Shown piece after piece: positions 62,429 to 64,000 of a DNA stretch of 64,000 bases (position 1 is the stretch's first letter; each line of letters starts with the position of its first letter). The stretch is from the NCBI GenBank assembly GCA_026770705.1, contig JANJGN010000038.1:10292001-10356000 (forward strand). Direction: 5' to 3'. The translations under genes were made by a program, and so were the position numbers. This DNA comes from Isurus oxyrinchus (taxonomy: Eukaryota). The notes beneath the pieces are model-generated. The model saw nothing but the letters and a program-made list of their open reading frames with translations, ran no database searches and was not told the origin of the DNA.

Positions 62429-62950
62429 ACATTGTAAAATATAGATAATTTTTTTCAGAATATCTCTTGGAGAAAAAATAATTTCTGAGCTATAATTTAC
62501 ATTCTTATATGACTTTAGACAAAGAGGATATGGAACGTTTTCAAAATTGATTCAAGGGATTTTGAAGTCGTTCCTGTGCTGTAAATTCACTCTTGGGTCA
62601 TATAGTTTGAGTTATCTAACTCTTAAAGCAATGTGGGACCTCAATTAGCTGTACATCGAAAATATTCGAAAAGCTTCTGCAAAGAAACTGAATTTGCGTT
62701 TGTTACTTAATAATCATAGTTAATTTCTTTAAACTTGTGTTCCTTTAATACATTAACAGATGCAAATCATTTCTCCACCAGATCGATCACTTAGGAATAA
62801 TTAATTAATTGGTCATCACCCGCTCTATCCAAATAATCTTTGATTGGCCCATCGAACGTTTTGGCTAAATACTTAATAATTAATGATCCTATCTCGTATT
62901 CTAGGTGTTCAATAAATTATTCCAAATCGATCAGTAATAATTCTGGGCTT

Positions 62951-63335
62951 ATCCAGCAGAGGGTAGATCAGTAAATGTGAATGTGTGTGATTCTGACAGC
63001 ATCCAGCAGAGGGTGGATCAGTGAAGGTGAGTGCGTGTAATTCTAAGAGCCTCCAGCAGAGGGTAGATTAGTAAAGGTGTGTGTGTGTAATTCCAAGAAC
63101 ATCCAGCNNNNNNNNNNNNNNNNNNNNNNNNNNNNNNNNNNNNNNNNNNNNNNNNNNNNNNNNNNNNNNNNNNNNNNNNNNNNNNNNNNNNNNNNNNNNN
63201 NNNNNNNNNNNNNNNNNNNNNNNNNNNNNNNNNNNNNNNNNNNNNNNNNNNNNNCCAGCAGAGGTTGGATCAGTAAAGGTGTGTGTGTGTAATTCTGAGA
63301 ACCTCCAGCAGAGGGGAGATCAGTAAAGGTGTGTG

Positions 63336-63390
<55 letters not shown>

Positions 63391-63680
63391 TATTCTGAGA
63401 GCATCCAGCCGAGGGTGGGACAGTAAAGCTGTGTGTGCATGTACTTCCGAGAGAATCCAGGAGAGGGTGGATCAGTAAAGGTATGTGTGCGTGTAATTTC
63501 GAGAGCATCCAGCAGAGGGTGTATAAGTAAAACAAAAACAGAATTACCTGGAAAAACTCAGCAGGTCTGGCAGCATCAGCGGAGAAGAAAAGAGTTGATG
63601 TTTCGAGTCCTCATGACCCTTCAACAGAACTAGGTGTGCGTGTAATTCCGAGCGCATTCAGCAGGGGGTAGATCAACAAA
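62951..63680. repeat. 50-bp tandem satellite containing an assembly gap (N 63108-63254), a (GT)n(GA)n expansion and a Penelope-terminus insertion (about 63527-63632)
   Basis: Unit ccagcagagggtggatcagtaaaggtgtgtgtgtgtaattctgagagcat starts at 62953, 63003, 63053 and 63103. Confidence 0.9.
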
Positions 63681-63684
63681 GGTG

Positions 63685-64000
63685 CTGGAAAAGGTGATAT
63701 CCCTTTTAACTTTTCCGAAAAGGGCACTTGCCATGTTCTCACAGCAATCGATTTTTGTGATAAAAGTTGACTGTCCCACTTTCTCGATACAACCCTCTAA
63801 TCGTGGAATGGGATATGAATCTGTTTTTGTAACTGCATGCACTTTTTGACAATCAATTCTTCGTGATCCACCTGTTTTCTGAAACATTACAATTACTGTG
63901 GCTGGGCTCTATGGTATCATTTTGAAGTATAAATTCAATTTCTTTCCGCAATTGGGCTAATTCCATTGGATTTATTCGAAATGGGTGTCGCCTTATTGAC
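63685..64000 (-). mobile_element. Ty3/Gypsy LTR-retrotransposon RT fragment
   Basis: IDCQKVHAVTKTDSYPIPRLEGCIEKVGQSTFITKID, then after a frameshift WQVPFSEK.K.IS; typical Gypsy RT. Confidence 0.85.

Noticed and set aside
62951-63680. Regularly spaced repeats as a CRISPR-like array (also 10.1, 24.7 and 59.7 kb)
   Set aside because: Units are contiguous with no unique spacers, there are no cas genes, and the context is vertebrate: ordinary minisatellites.
1-64000. V, D, J segments, RSS heptamer/nonamer pairs or CH exons belonging to the IgH cassettes
   Set aside because: None recognised by eye; isolated cacagtg hits lack a convincing nonamer or coding context. An HMM/RSS scan is needed to exclude degraded copies.

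Overview
Eukaryotic, repeat-rich vertebrate DNA. The repeat content (HE1/HER1-type SINE/LINE tails, CR1, Penelope, Harbinger) and the Ig sequences point to a cartilaginous fish (shark-like); the species cannot be fixed from sequence alone. The window holds a cluster of two-exon class A (rhodopsin-family) GPCR paralogs of the GPR139/GPR142-like type. One has an intact ORF (minus strand, 16252-16183 + 14922-14012, 326 aa). Three are pseudogenes (19.6-20.5 kb minus; 32.9-35.3 kb plus; 52.7-59.0 kb minus) and one is a duplicated exon stub (22.2 kb). Interleaved with them are two immunoglobulin heavy-chain membrane cassettes (TM1 + TM2 exons + polyA; 5.2 kb and 47.2 kb, plus strand), and I see no C-domain exons in the window. 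Main leads: (i) a promoter module with identical spacing (homeodomain TAATTR sites beside an EBF/Olf-like site) in front of three divergent GPCR paralogs, reminiscent of olfactory-receptor promoters or a B-cell EBF programme; (ii) the IgH-TM/GPCR interleaving; (iii) loss of Cys3.25 with gain of a second ECL2 cysteine in two paralogs; (iv) a G-rich/C-rich foldback repeat family; (v) hammerhead-like motifs in Penelope-derived inverted repeats. Repeat boundaries are read by eye and approximate; exon boundaries were checked against splice sites and reading frame.
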